A stretch of DNA of 64,000 bases from an uncultured Gammaproteobacteria bacterium (GCA_963797555.1 CAWCPV010000002.1:192001-256000); one strand, 5' to 3'; counted from the first letter of the stretch, positions 31,164 through 43,753 are shown. A program made the numbers and translations. Notes: a model not told the origin generated them from the sequence alone.

Positions 31164-32222
31164 ATGACCGTGGACCTGGCTGTGGGGCAAGGGATCAAGG
31201 ATCGCCGGGACACCCCCGAGCGGGTGCTCCCCGAGCTTGGGGTCGGGCGGTATCGCCTGGCATTTCGAGCCGCCGAAGAGGTGATGCTGCCGGCCTATGC
31301 CGGCTCCGCCTGGCGCGGGGCCTTCGGGCACGCCCTGAAGCGCACAGTGTGTGTGACGCGCGAGCGGCGGTGCGAGGACTGCCTGCTCTACGGCTCCTGC
31401 ATTTACCCCTATGTGTTCGAGACCCCGCCTTCGCCGGGCGTCGCGAAGATGCGCCGATACACTGCGGCCCCTCATCCTTTTGTGCTGGCGCCCATGGATG
31501 GCGATGCGACGGGGCGGACCCTCGGTGTCGGCACTCCGCTCGCGCTCGGGCTCACCCTGTTCGGCCGGGCCAACGCCTACCTTCCGTACTTCGTGCACGC
31601 TTTACAGCGCGCGGGCGAAGAGGGGTTGGGCAAGGGGCGAGGCCGTCTCGCCCTGGCCGCGGTGGAGCAGGAGGCGGCGTGCGGCTCGGCAGACTGGCGC
31701 ACGGTCTATGAACCGGAGGAGCGCCTGCGGCCGTTCGGCGCACAGACACCCCCCGTCCCTCTGCCCCCTCGGGGCGTGTTGACCCTTACCTTCGCCACGC
31801 CTTTGCGCCTCAGGCGAGAGGGGCACAACGTCCCTTCCCAAGACTTGCGATTTTCTGACCTCTTCGGCAGCCTGCTGCGCCGCATCTCGATGCTGACCTA
31901 CTTTCACACCGATACACCGCTGGAGACGGACTTCGCGGGGTTGGTTCGGGAAGCGACGCGGGTGCCGCTGACGGAGGCCGATGTGCGGTGGCGCGAGTGG
32001 AGCCGCTACTCGTCTCGGCAGCAGACGAGGATACAGATGGGGGGCATCACCGGGACGGTCCAGGTAGACCTCACGGGCCACGACGACCTCTGGCCCTACC
32101 TGTGGCTCGGCCAATGGACCCACGTGGGCAAGGGCACCAGCATGGGTCTCGGGCGATACGCCATCGATATGCCCGCAAGCTTGCCGGCTCGGACGCCGGA
32201 GGCAGCGGCGTGCGAGACTTGA
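31164..32222 (+). CDS. cas6: Cas6 crRNA-processing endoribonuclease
   Basis: GSAWRGAFGHAL, CxxCxxxxxCxY, FATPLRL and G-rich loop HVGKGTSMGLG. Confidence 0.88.
   Translation: MTVDLAVGQGIKDRRDTPERVLPELGVGRYRLAFRAAEEVMLPAYAGSAWRGAFGHALKRTVCVTRERRCEDCLLYGSCIYPYVFETPPSPGVAKMRRYTAAPHPFVLAPMDGDATGRTLGVGTPLALGLTLFGRANAYLPYFVHALQRAGEEGLGKGRGRLALAAVEQEAACGSADWRTVYEPEERLRPFGAQTPPVPLPPRGVLTLTFATPLRLRREGHNVPSQDLRFSDLFGSLLRRISMLTYFHTDTPLETDFAGLVREATRVPLTEADVRWREWSRYSSRQQTRIQMGGITGTVQVDLTGHDDLWPYLWLGQWTHVGKGTSMGLGRYAIDMPASLPARTPEAAACET
32171..32187 (+). promoter_or_regulatory. GCCCGCAAGCTTGCCGG upstream of the CARF gene (candidate operator)
   Basis: The identical 17-mer occurs in reverse orientation at 45077-45093, upstream of minus-strand cas2. 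Confidence 0.55.
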
Positions 32223-32277
32223 CGCAAATGGAACCAAGCCAGCGCCGGCCCCCGGCCAAACGAGGCCGTCTCTGACC

Positions 32278-33495
32278 GTGAGCGGAGTGATGCAAAGCGG
32301 GCCGAGCCTCTTTCCCCGCCGCGTCCTGCTGGCCGTGACCGGGCTCACGCCCCAGGTGGTGACCGAGACCCTCTACGCGCTGGCCGTCCGGTCGGAACCG
32401 AAGTTCATACCGACCGAGGTCCACCTCGTCACCACGCTGGAAGGGGCAGAGCGCGCCCGCTTAGGGCTACTGCACGAGCGCACGGGGTGGTTCCACCGGC
32501 TGCGCGGGGATTACGGGCTGCCGGAGATCCGCTTCGACATGCAGACCATTCACGTGCTGAGCGATGCCGCCGGGACGCCGCTCGCCGACATCCGTGTGCC
32601 TGCGGACAACGAGCGTGCCGCGGACCTGATCACGGAGCTGGTCCGCCGGATCACCGACGACCCGGCGAGCGCCCTGCACGTCTCCATCGCGGGAGGCCGC
32701 AAGACGATGGGCTTCTACGCGGGCTATGCGCTTTCGCTGTTCGGGCGTCCGCAGGACCGGCTGTCCCATGTGCTGGTCAGCCCGCCGTACGAGTCACACC
32801 CGGCTTTCTTTTATCCCACCCCGGACAGCAACGTGATCCACACGTTTCCTCCGGACAGCCGCCCCTACGACACTCGCGATGCGACGGTGACCCTCGCCGA
32901 GATCCCCTTCGTGCGGCTGCGCCACGGCCTGGACGAGCGGCTGAAGAGCGGACAGGCCTCGTTCAGCGAGGTGGTGATGGCTGCCCAGCGGGCGCTGGGA
33001 ACGCCGGAGCTGGTGGTGGACCTCGGTGCCCGGAGATTGGTCTGCGGCGGGCAGGCCGTCGAGATGACACCCGTCAATCTCGCGCTGTATGCCGCGCTGG
33101 CGCGCCGGCGGCAGGCGGGCGAGGAACCGGTTCAGCGCAGCATCGCCGGGATCTCGGCGGAGCTCCTGGCGGCGCTCGCCGCGATCGTCCCGCCGATGTC
33201 CCTCGAGTACCAGCGCACGGAGGAGGCATTGCACGGGATCGCCCAGGCCGAGCGCACGGAACCCGCCCTCTGGAGCAGCATGGACCAGGGCGACTTCGAC
33301 CAGCGCAAGACGAGGGTGAACAAGGCACTGCGCCGCGCCTTGGGAGTGGGTGCGGAGCCCTATGTCATCAAGGCGATGGGCGGTCGTCCCCGCACCCAGT
33401 TTGGCCTGACGCTGCCCCCGGAGGCCATACGGCTGGTCGCCACTCCGCAGCGTGACGTTCGAGAGGCAGGGTCACGAGGGGAGATCCAAGGCTGA
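32278..33495 (+). CDS. NE0113-type CARF protein (Csm6/Csx14 ring-nuclease family) with a C-terminal winged-helix-like domain
   Basis: LAVTGLTPQVVTETL, HVSIAGGRKTMGFY and QDRLSHVLV. C-terminal LVVDLGARRLVCGGQAVEMTPVNLALYAAL resembles the start of an OmpR/PhoB wHTH. No HEPN RxxxxH seen. Confidence 0.85.
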   Translation: MSGVMQSGPSLFPRRVLLAVTGLTPQVVTETLYALAVRSEPKFIPTEVHLVTTLEGAERARLGLLHERTGWFHRLRGDYGLPEIRFDMQTIHVLSDAAGTPLADIRVPADNERAADLITELVRRITDDPASALHVSIAGGRKTMGFYAGYALSLFGRPQDRLSHVLVSPPYESHPAFFYPTPDSNVIHTFPPDSRPYDTRDATVTLAEIPFVRLRHGLDERLKSGQASFSEVVMAAQRALGTPELVVDLGARRLVCGGQAVEMTPVNLALYAALARRRQAGEEPVQRSIAGISAELLAALAAIVPPMSLEYQRTEEALHGIAQAERTEPALWSSMDQGDFDQRKTRVNKALRRALGVGAEPYVIKAMGGRPRTQFGLTLPPEAIRLVATPQRDVREAGSRGEIQG

Positions 33496-33573
33496 CGGAC
33501 TGCCCCATGACCATCGACCTCAGGGCTGCGCGTTTATATACGTGCCTCGGCAGGCCTGTCAGCCGACACGCAA

Positions 33574-33591
33574 GGCCGCAAGCTTGTGGCC
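33574..33591. promoter_or_regulatory. Near-perfect 18-bp palindrome GGCCGCAAGCTTGTGGCC upstream of cmr1
   Basis: About 55 bp before the cmr1 GTG; one mismatch from a perfect dyad. Confidence 0.55.
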
Positions 33592-33645
33592 CGAGCGTGG
33601 GATGGACTGTCGAGGCAACATAAGCCGGTACCAGGGAGAACGACT

Positions 33646-34825
33646 GTGAAGAAGCTGGAATACACCGTGGAGTTCACCACCCCCGCCTTCCTCGGCAACG
33701 CCGAGCAGGCGGGACAGTGGCGCACGCCGCCGTTCAAGGCGCTGTTGAGGCAGTGGTGGCGGGTGGCCTACGCCGCCGACCATGGCTTCCAGGTCGACGT
33801 GCCGAAGATGCGCCGGGAGGAGGGACTGCTGTTCGGCCATGCCTGGCTGGATGACGACCGCGACGAGCAAGGACGGCGGGTTGCCGCTCGCAAGAGCCTG
33901 GTGCGGATACGGTTGGACAAATGGGATGAAGGCAAGATGCACGGATGGCAACCCCTGGCGACGGTGTCCCATCCGGAAGTCAAGTCTCCCGACGTGTACA
34001 GCGATCTCTACCTTGGCTACGGCCCGGTCACACTTCCAAGAGGGGGTAAGCCCCCGCAACTCAAGGCCAACGCTGCTATCCGGGCAGACGAATCGGCCAC
34101 GTTGTCAACTGCTGTTCCAACCACGCATCAAGACGCAGAACTCGACCGGCTGCTCGAGGCCAATGTCCCTCGCATCGCGCAGGCGCTGTGGCTCATGGAC
34201 CGCTATGGCACTCTGGGCGGCAGAAGCCGCAATGGGTGGGGCTCCTTCTCGCTCACGCCCATGAACAGCACGCCGCCGCTGGCTGGCACGCCAGCGCTGC
34301 GGCCGTGGCGCGATGCGCTCGGTTTCGACTGGCCGCATGCCCTCGGTCAAGACGACGAAGGCGCCTTGATCTGGCAGACCCAGCCAGACGACTGGAAGTC
34401 GCTCATGCGCAAGCTGGCCATCGTAAAGATTGGGCTGAGGACACAATTCAAGTTTCCAAACGTATCGCTGCCCCACGCCCAGCCGCTGGATCGCCATTGG
34501 CTTTCATACCCCATCACAAGCCACAACCAAGGCATGGAAGGGGACATTCCGCCTGCCCAACAGCCTGCGCTTCAAGGTGCGCAAGCTCCCGGACGGTAAG
34601 TTGGTGGGCGTGATCTTTCACGTGCCCTGCCTGCCGCCACCGGAGTTCCATCCCCACCAAAACGCAAACGCCATTCGGGAGGTCTGGCAGCGCGTCCACG
34701 TCTTGCTGGATGAATGCAGGAAGCCATTGAATCAACGAGAGTACGCAAGCATCGCCGATACGGTCCGCCGCAGCCAACTCAAGCCGCAACTCGATCAGAT
34801 CACGCTGCATAGGATTCCGGAGTAA
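33646..34825 (+). CDS. cmr1: Type III-B RAMP Cmr1, with a frameshift near 34523
   Basis: EFTTPAFLG, FKALLRQWWR and GTLGGRSRNGWGS. The C-terminus continues in another frame as TKAWKGTFRLPNSLRFKVRK. Confidence 0.8.
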
Positions 34826-34828
34826 GTT

Positions 34829-37800
34829 ATGAACGACGATTTCACCTGGCAAACCAAGCTCGCCGCCCGCATCCACGACCCGGCGGAAAAGGCTTTGGTG
34901 CTGCTGCGCGACCCGGCGGGGCACGAGGGAGGCACCTCCCGCGCGTTGACCCGGCTGCTGGGCCTGTCGGATATCACTGGCGACGCCCTCGCCCCGGACA
35001 ATGCCGATGCGCTTTCCACTGTGGTCTTCAAGAGAGGCATCCCACTTGCGATGTACCGCCACGTCCAGCGCGCCGACTGGTGGGCGGCCGCCGCCGACCG
35101 GCCCCAATGGCCGATGGAGACCATCACCACGCCAGCCGGAAAGACCCTTAGTGTGGCCCCCTGGGCGCAAGTGCGATGGACGAGGTCGCCGGTGCTGATC
35201 CATCCCCTTACCGGTGACACCTTCGATCTGGCCAAGCACGGCGGGCTTTCCGATACCGATCTCGCCGACCTCAAGCAGCGCAGCTTTGGTCATTTCTCGC
35301 GACTACTCAGCGCGCTGCGCGACTCTGGCCCCGCCGAGGACCCGAGAAAGACCCTGCTCGCCTACTGGCGCTTCGGCCCGGAACTGGTCGAGGAAGAGGA
35401 CAATGGCAAGCTCGGGGCGCTATGGCGCTTGCTCCCCGCCGATACGCGCATCCCCGACCATTCCATCTGGGACCACCTGGATTTGACCTCCGCCTTCGCC
35501 GGGGCCTTCGCCGCCGACCCGGATGGCGAGGCCTCGCTGCTGGCGCTTGCTATCGGCCCGGTGCAAGGCTTCATCGCCGCCGCCCGCACCACCTCCGACC
35601 TTTGGGCGGGTTCCCACCTCCTCGCCCGTCTCGCCTGGGAGGCGATGAAGCCGGTATGCGAGGCCCTGGGGCCGGACGCTATTCTCTTCCCTCGCCTGCG
35701 CGGCATCCCCCAGGTAGACATCTGGCTGCGCGAAGAGATGAACCTGCCCGCCGAACTGTTCGGGGATTGCGACTGGATGCGGGGCGGCACGGATGCCAAC
35801 CCGCTGTTCTCCGCCGCACTGCCCAACCGCTTCGTGGCCATAGTGCCGGCGAGGCGGGCCAAGGAACTGGCCGAGGAGGTCACCCGCCGGGTGCGTGCCT
35901 GGTTGCAGGAGAAAGGCCAAACCGCCGTGGACCGCCTGCTTGACGTGACCGGGCTGAAGACCGAAGGCGAACAGCACTGCCACCGCCAAGTGCGGGAACA
36001 GTTGGAAGGCTTCCCGGAAGTCCACTGGTCGGCGGTGCCGTTCTCGCTGATTCGCCCGCGCAACGCGGCTAAACAGACCGATCTGGATGTCGCGGCCTTG
36101 TCCGACGCAATGGCGCCGTTCTTCGGCGTGGGGGCGGGCCAGGATTGCGGTTTTCTGCACACGCCTGCCTGGCAGGCTCTGCAACAAGAGGCCACGTTGC
36201 GCGATGACGAAGGTAAGGAATCGGTGTTCTTCGCGCCCAATCCCGGCGTTCTCTACCCGGCGGTGTATGACCTGGCCGAGCGGGTGCTGGCGGCGGCCAA
36301 GTCCGTGCGCGCCTTCGAACAGACCGAGCAACGGGGCTGGCGCTGTTCGCTCACCGGAGAGACCGAGTGGCTGACGGACAACTCCGATCACCTAGCCGTA
36401 CCCGCGGGCAAGCGCAAGAGCCGCAAGGATGAAAGGTTCCGTGAAGCCGAGCACGTGGAAACCCTGTGGACCCGCGTGGCCGACAAAAACCCCGCCTGGG
36501 CGAAAAAGGGCGAGCACCTGGGTGCGCTGCCCGCCCTCAAGCGGTTGTGGCCCACCCTGTTCGCCGAGGAGGTCGGCAGGGCCTTGGGCGGCAAGGACAT
36601 TGGCCGCTTCGTGGTGTCCACCCATACCATGGCGCTCGCCCACCAGCTCGACCAATGGCTGGAACGCGGCGGCTTGACTGCGGAAGGGCTCGCCATCGCT
36701 CTCAAGAAATACCGCAGTGAGTCGGCGGCGCTGCCCCGCCGATTGATGCGCAAACATGCCGCCAACAGGAAGGGGATTGACGATGCGAAGCTCATTCCCG
36801 GCCTGCTCGACGTGGCGAGCGAGGAGGAGATCAGTGACAGTGAGAGCGCCGAGATCAGAAGGCTAGTGTCCCAGACGCTGGCAACTGGCCGGGACAAGAA
36901 GGAGAAGGTCCGTCTTGAAACCTACTACGCGTTATTGATGATGGACGGCGACCACATGGGTCGCATTCTGTCCGGCGACGAGAAAACCGCCATCCCCTAC
37001 CGCGGGAGCTTTCATCCCCATGTGAGGAATGGCTTTGAAGAATGTGCCGCCCGGCAGGAGATCATCCGCCGTTACGGCGAACAGAGACGCCCGATTTCTC
37101 CCAACCGTCACCTGGCGATCTCCGGAGCGCTGAACGATTTTTCGCAGACCGTGGTGCGCCATGTGGTGGAAGAGGAGCACCTGGGCCGGGTGATCTATGC
37201 CGGTGGGGACGACGTGCTGGCCATGCTGCCGGTGGTCGACCTGCTCCCGGCCATGCAGCGGCTGCGCCTTGCGTGGTCCGGCCATGACCCGGCGCACGAG
37301 GGCGGCACGCATGCCGGGCTCACTTTGCAGGGCGGCTTCGCCGCTTTGAAGACCCGGCGAGACGGCAAGGAATGCTTGCAGCTCATGCGCATGATGGGCG
37401 GCAATGCCTCGGCGTCCTGCGGTGCGGTCATTGCCCACCATCAGGCCCCCTTGGGCGGCGTTCTGCGCGAGCTGCGGGCGGCGGAACAGCGGGCCAAGCA
37501 GGAAGGCGGACGCGATGCCTTCTCCCTCACCGTCATCAAGCGCTCGGGCGGTGCGCTGCGCCTCACGGCGCAATGGGGCGAGCCGGTGGACGTGCTCGCC
37601 GATCTCAGGGTCTACCTCGCTGATGAAGGGGTCTCGCGCCGGGCGGTGTACCACAGCCTGGAGTGGCTCGCCGATCTGCCCGAGCCCGAAGGGGACGGCG
37701 CGATGATCGAGGCGTTGCTGACCTATCAGCTCGAGCGGCAGGCGGAGAAGACGGCCCGCGACCGCCACGATATACCGGGGCTGGCGAAGCGCCTGACCGT

Positions 37801-37903
37801 GCTCGCCCTGGCCCAGGCAGGAGACCGGCTCGCGTGGCTCGGCAATTTCCTGACCGTGGCCGAATTCCTCGCCCGCGAGACCCGCGCCGGAGAACCCGCA
37901 TGA
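34829..37903 (+). CDS. cas10: Cas10/Cmr2 with HD motifs and an intact Palm cyclase motif
   Basis: IHDP and PADTRIPDHSIWDH, IGPVQGFIAAARTTSDLWAGS, MDGDHMG and YAGGDD. Confidence 0.95.
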   Translation: MNDDFTWQTKLAARIHDPAEKALVLLRDPAGHEGGTSRALTRLLGLSDITGDALAPDNADALSTVVFKRGIPLAMYRHVQRADWWAAAADRPQWPMETITTPAGKTLSVAPWAQVRWTRSPVLIHPLTGDTFDLAKHGGLSDTDLADLKQRSFGHFSRLLSALRDSGPAEDPRKTLLAYWRFGPELVEEEDNGKLGALWRLLPADTRIPDHSIWDHLDLTSAFAGAFAADPDGEASLLALAIGPVQGFIAAARTTSDLWAGSHLLARLAWEAMKPVCEALGPDAILFPRLRGIPQVDIWLREEMNLPAELFGDCDWMRGGTDANPLFSAALPNRFVAIVPARRAKELAEEVTRRVRAWLQEKGQTAVDRLLDVTGLKTEGEQHCHRQVREQLEGFPEVHWSAVPFSLIRPRNAAKQTDLDVAALSDAMAPFFGVGAGQDCGFLHTPAWQALQQEATLRDDEGKESVFFAPNPGVLYPAVYDLAERVLAAAKSVRAFEQTEQRGWRCSLTGETEWLTDNSDHLAVPAGKRKSRKDERFREAEHVETLWTRVADKNPAWAKKGEHLGALPALKRLWPTLFAEEVGRALGGKDIGRFVVSTHTMALAHQLDQWLERGGLTAEGLAIALKKYRSESAALPRRLMRKHAANRKGIDDAKLIPGLLDVASEEEISDSESAEIRRLVSQTLATGRDKKEKVRLETYYALLMMDGDHMGRILSGDEKTAIPYRGSFHPHVRNGFEECAARQEIIRRYGEQRRPISPNRHLAISGALNDFSQTVVRHVVEEEHLGRVIYAGGDDVLAMLPVVDLLPAMQRLRLAWSGHDPAHEGGTHAGLTLQGGFAALKTRRDGKECLQLMRMMGGNASASCGAVIAHHQAPLGGVLRELRAAEQRAKQEGGRDAFSLTVIKRSGGALRLTAQWGEPVDVLADLRVYLADEGVSRRAVYHSLEWLADLPEPEGDGAMIEALLTYQLERQAEKTARDRHDIPGLAKRLTVLALAQAGDRLAWLGNFLTVAEFLARETRAGEPA

Positions 37904-39093
37904 GCGCCGTCGAGTTCCGATTCCTGGAACCCCTGGACGTGCTGTTTCTGCGCGGCAACAAGCTGTTCGGCGACCCCGGCAGCTTCGGCGAATCGCTGGT
38001 GCCGCCGTGGCCCTCGGTGGCGGCGGGGGCGCTGCGCTCCCGGATGCTCGCCGACCAAGGCGTGGACCTCGCCGCCTTCGCGGCTGGCGAGGTGGAGCAC
38101 GAGACCCTTGGCACGCCCGACAAGCCCGGTTCCTTCGCCATCACCGGCTTCACGCTTGCGCGCCGACTCCCGGACCGCACGGTCGAGCCGCTCATCGCGC
38201 CGCCTGCCGACCTGGTCGTAGTACGGAAGGATACCTGCGAACCCGAAGCCCGCTCCCTCACCCCAACCCCTTTCCCGGGGAGCGAGGGACTGCCGGGGCG
38301 AGCCGTTATCCGGTCTTCCGCGCCCCTGCCATTGCTGCCTGTGCTCGCCGAAACCGAGCGCAGTAAGCCCGCCTCCGGTTACTGGCTCACCGGCGCCGGC
38401 TGGCGCAAGTACCTGGCGGGCGAAACCCTGGAACCCGGTGACCTCATTCACACCAACAAGCTCTGGGCGATCGACCCCCGTGTGGGCGTGGGCCTGGACG
38501 CCGCGACCCGCCGCGCCGCCGACGGCCGCTTGTTCTCGGTGCAGGCGGTTGCGATGAAGAAACGCGAGCACGATCCCAAGGCCGGTTTTGATGTCGGCTT
38601 TCTGGTCGGCGTCAGCGGGGCCGTGCCACCGGCCGGCGGCACAGTGCGGCTGGGAGGTGACGGCCGGGCCGCCGCCGTGCATGCGGTGGTTCCGGATCTG
38701 CCGCAACCGAGCTACGAGACTATCGCCGGCGCCCGAGGCTGCCGGCTGGTCCTGACCACCCCGGGACTCTTCCGCGATGGCTGGCTGCCCACCGGCTGCG
38801 CCCGGTCGTCCGACGGCACGGTGCGTTTCGATCTGCACGGGGTGCGCGGGCGGCTCGTGTGCGCTGCCGTGCCGCGCCCCGAGGTGGTCTCGGGCTGGGA
38901 CCTCGCCCGCTGGCTGCCCAAGCCCGCCCGGCGCGCCGCGACCACCGGCAGCGTCTATTGGCTGGACGAGATCGATGCGACCCCGGAGGCGCTGCGCAAG
39001 CTTGCCGACACAGGACTATGGGACGAAGCGTGGCACGATCCGCAGCGCAGGGCCGAAGGCTTCAACCGGACCGCAGTGGCGAGCTGGTCATGA
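37900..39093 (+). CDS. cmr3: Type III-B Cmr3
   Basis: EPLDVLFLRG, PWPSVAAGALR, RLGGDGR, VSGWDLA..PKP and GSVYW; ATGA overlap with cas10. Confidence 0.9.
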   Translation: MSAVEFRFLEPLDVLFLRGNKLFGDPGSFGESLVPPWPSVAAGALRSRMLADQGVDLAAFAAGEVEHETLGTPDKPGSFAITGFTLARRLPDRTVEPLIAPPADLVVVRKDTCEPEARSLTPTPFPGSEGLPGRAVIRSSAPLPLLPVLAETERSKPASGYWLTGAGWRKYLAGETLEPGDLIHTNKLWAIDPRVGVGLDAATRRAADGRLFSVQAVAMKKREHDPKAGFDVGFLVGVSGAVPPAGGTVRLGGDGRAAAVHAVVPDLPQPSYETIAGARGCRLVLTTPGLFRDGWLPTGCARSSDGTVRFDLHGVRGRLVCAAVPRPEVVSGWDLARWLPKPARRAATTGSVYWLDEIDATPEALRKLADTGLWDEAWHDPQRRAEGFNRTAVASWS

Positions 39094-39101
39094 AGGCAGC
39101 G

Positions 39102-40941
<1,840 letters not shown>

Positions 40942-41197
40942 CGCGCCAACGCCACGGACGTCCCTTCTTCGCCGCGTGATACGGCGCGGGGTGCGAGCCG
41001 CGCGAGGGGGGAGCAAGGGAGCTGCGATCGGGTAAGGCGCGGGTATCTTTTCCTCACCGACGATGCGCTGGAGATCCCCAAGCGGGATCCGCTAGCTCGC
41101 GGATGCGGTGGGCTGATCACCGGGGATCGCCAGTGACGCGCCACCACAAGGTCTTGGACGGCATCCTGCGTAGCTTGCGCCCTGCCGCCACTGCCTT

Positions 41198-42571
41198 ACT
41201 GTAATCCCTTCTTCATCAGGTCTCCGTTCGAACGATGTGTTCACGCACGATGGGCGGGCGGTATCGTCTTAATCCCTTCTTCATCAGGTCTCCGTTCGAA
41301 CCCGGTTTTGTCATGGCAAGTCGATGCGGCCAACGTGTCTTAATCCCTTCTTCATCAGGTCTCCGTTCGAACCAGTGAAGGCGAAGGGTGCACAGAGTGT
41401 GCACCTGTCTTAATCCCTTCTTCATCAGGTCTCCGTTCGAACACGAAGGTAGCGATCCGACGTTGGAGCAATATGCGTCTTAATCCCTTCTTCATCAGGT
41501 CTCCGTTCGAACGGGTTTATCCCCGGCTCGCTGTTGACCGGCCCACGCGTCTTAATCCCTTCTTCATCAGGTCTCCGTTCGAACAGCGAGTCTGGCATCG
41601 GCATCCACCGATTGTACTCGTCTTAATCCCTTCTTCATCAGGTCTCCGTTCGAACACAGAACTGAGTGGAGATGAAGCGCATCCTGCCGTCTTAATCCCT
41701 TCTTCATCAGGTCTCCGTTCGAACAATCGACGATGCACGACGTACAGATCTGGTAGCGTGTGTCTTAATCCCTTCTTCATCAGGTCTCCGTTCGAACTTC
41801 AACGATCAGCGTCCGATCTGTGATACACGTCTGCTGTCTTAATCCCTTCTTCATCAGGTCTCCGTTCGAACCTACTGCATGAGCGGTACGTCAGGTGGCG
41901 TGGCAGTGTCTTAATCCCTTCTTCATCAGGTCTCCGTTCGAACTTGCACAGCGCTAACGGCGAGTCACGACTCTACATGAGGTCTTAATCCCTTCTTCAT
42001 CAGGTCTCCGTTCGAACCTGTAATCCGCGTGGGATTGACCATCAGTCTCGTCTTAATCCCTTCTTCATCAGGTCTCCGTTCGAACGCTCATGACGCTGCG
42101 GCATGAGACTGCACGCCTATGTCTTAATCCCTTCTTCATCAGGTCTCCGTTCGAACGTAATTGTCAATTGCAACGGAGGATAACCGAAGGTCTTAATCCC
42201 TTCTTCATCAGGTCTCCGTTCGAACTCCTATGGCGTGCGGCACAGAGGCAAATGGCCGAGTCTTAATCCCTTCTTCATCAGGTCTCCGTTCGAACAAATA
42301 CATGGAATGGGTCAATGACGAAGTACTGGTCTTAATCCCTTCTTCATCAGGTCTCCGTTCGAACTACAATAGGCGACATTGCAAGGAAGGTAAGGGTCTT
42401 AATCCCTTCTTCATCAGGTCTCCGTTCGAACATAGCGTATGTGGTACAATCCTGTCCGCATCCTAGTCTTAATCCCTTCTTCATCAGGTCTCCGTTCGAA
42501 CCGCGTTCTGCGAGTGTCTATACGATACCGTTCCAGTCTTAATCCCTTCTTCATCAGGTCTCCGTTCGAAC
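41198..42571 (-). CRISPR. CRISPR array: 20 repeats of 36 bp and 19 spacers of 31-38 bp
   Basis: Plus-strand repeat GTCTTAATCCCTTCTTCATCAGGTCTCCGTTCGAAC; its reverse complement ends ATTAAGAC. The degenerate repeat is at the left end (41198), so the leader is on the right, next to cas2. Confidence 0.98.
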
Positions 42572-42644
42572 TGCTCGGCCCAAAAACGCCCGCTGGAGCG
42601 AGGGCTTATCAGCACCCTTGACACAAAACCGCCGACTCGCAAAG
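42572..42644 (-). promoter_or_regulatory. CRISPR leader (short; may extend into the cas2 3' tail)
   Basis: Lies between the first perfect repeat and the cas2 stop, and contains A/T runs. Confidence 0.6.
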
Positions 42645-43001
42645 TCAACCTCGTCCATCGGGCTTCGCCTCCTTCCGCTCGACAACCTTAACCCTCTCAC
42701 CCGCCCGGATCAAGGCGTCGCGAGAGGGTCCGCCCAGCAGGTAAACGTCCTCGGGCAGGGTGGCCTCGCCGAGCTGCGTCCATTCCGGGTCTTCGGGCAA
42801 GGGGTAGATGCGGACATCGTCCTCCCGTTGGTCGATCAGGTCTCGCAGGTCGTCCACCAGGCGCTCGACGCCGGCGCGCGTCAGATGGGCCACGAATACC
42901 GAGTACTGAACGTGCACGGCGCGCCGCCTGAGGTGGGCATGCACCCAGCGCAAGCGCCGGTCGTCCCGGATGTCGTAAGCGACGATGTAGGCGCGCCTCA
43001 A
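42645..43001 (-). CDS. cas2: Cas2 (array-proximal copy)
   Basis: YIVAYDIRDDRRL..VQYSVF..DDVRIYPL; the TTG start overlaps the upstream stop. Confidence 0.9.
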   Translation of the reverse strand: MRRAYIVAYDIRDDRRLRWVHAHLRRRAVHVQYSVFVAHLTRAGVERLVDDLRDLIDQREDDVRIYPLPEDPEWTQLGEATLPEDVYLLGGPSRDALIRAGERVKVVERKEAKPDGRG

Positions 43002-43753
43002 GGGTCGAGCCTCCAGAGCCCCTGCAGCAGGCGGCGCAGGGTACGGTCCAGAGGCTCCTCCAGCCTGCGCTGGTAGTGGCCCGCCAGGGACTCCAGGTCA
43101 TCGCCGCCCGGAGGGGAACGCAGCACGCGGCCGCGGAGCGGCCACGACATCAGCCGAGTCAGCTCGCGGGCAAGGTTGATCCCGTTGCGCTGACCGAGCG
43201 CAAGCTGCGGTACGATACCGGCGCGCTCCAGCACCTCCAGGATCTGGGCGGCAAGCAGTGAGCGCAAACGCCCCAGGCATTTCCGGCTGGCCTCGCGCCC
43301 CACCCGGATGGCGACCGCGCGGTCGAGCCGGGGACCGACTTCCCCCGGCCTGAGGTCGCTCAAGGGCCAGCGCAGCGCCAGGTGGAGGTTCAGGATCATC
43401 CGCCGTTCCTGGGCGCGGAACCAGTCGTTCCAGCGCTCGCGCCAGTTCGGGCCGGACAGGAAGGCGTCGAGGTGCGCCTGAAGCCCGGCCACGTCGTCCG
43501 CCCGGCCGACGCACACCCCGCAGACGGCCCCTTCGGGGTCCAGGAAGATCACCGGGACTCGGGCGTCCAGGCAGGCGAGCAGGGCGTCGCCGTCCCAGGA
43601 CACCGAGCGCCGGCTGATGATCCGGGCGAGCCATCCCAGCGGATACCAGCGGGCGGCCCGCTCCGGCCGGGCGACTCGGAGCGCCGGTCCGTCCCGCGAC
43701 ACCCTCAGCTCGCCATCGGGATCAAGATAGAGGACTTTCCGAATCGGAGTCAT
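42998..43753 (-). CDS. Short Cas1-like protein (251 aa) lacking catalytic motifs
   Basis: The N-terminus parallels the Cas1 beta domain (VLYL..LRV..YPL..LARI..ALLACLDARVPVIFLD..G). C-terminal AGIVPQLALGQRNGINLARELTRLM aligns by eye to AGMDPYIGFFH..SMASDLLEPL without the catalytic His and acidic pattern. Confidence 0.7.
   Translation of the reverse strand: MTPIRKVLYLDPDGELRVSRDGPALRVARPERAARWYPLGWLARIISRRSVSWDGDALLACLDARVPVIFLDPEGAVCGVCVGRADDVAGLQAHLDAFLSGPNWRERWNDWFRAQERRMILNLHLALRWPLSDLRPGEVGPRLDRAVAIRVGREASRKCLGRLRSLLAAQILEVLERAGIVPQLALGQRNGINLARELTRLMSWPLRGRVLRSPPGGDDLESLAGHYQRRLEEPLDRTLRRLLQGLWRLDP

Noticed and set aside
40942-41197. Possible PIN-domain or transposase fragment (RGYLFLTDD)
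   Set aside because: Too short and ambiguous to assign.
41234-42535. Self-targeting or duplicated spacers
   Set aside because: None noticed by eye. An exhaustive alignment was not possible, so nothing is claimed.
41216-42621. Short ORFs with repeated peptides (LNPFFIRSPFE, MKKGLR)
   Set aside because: They are translations of the CRISPR repeats.
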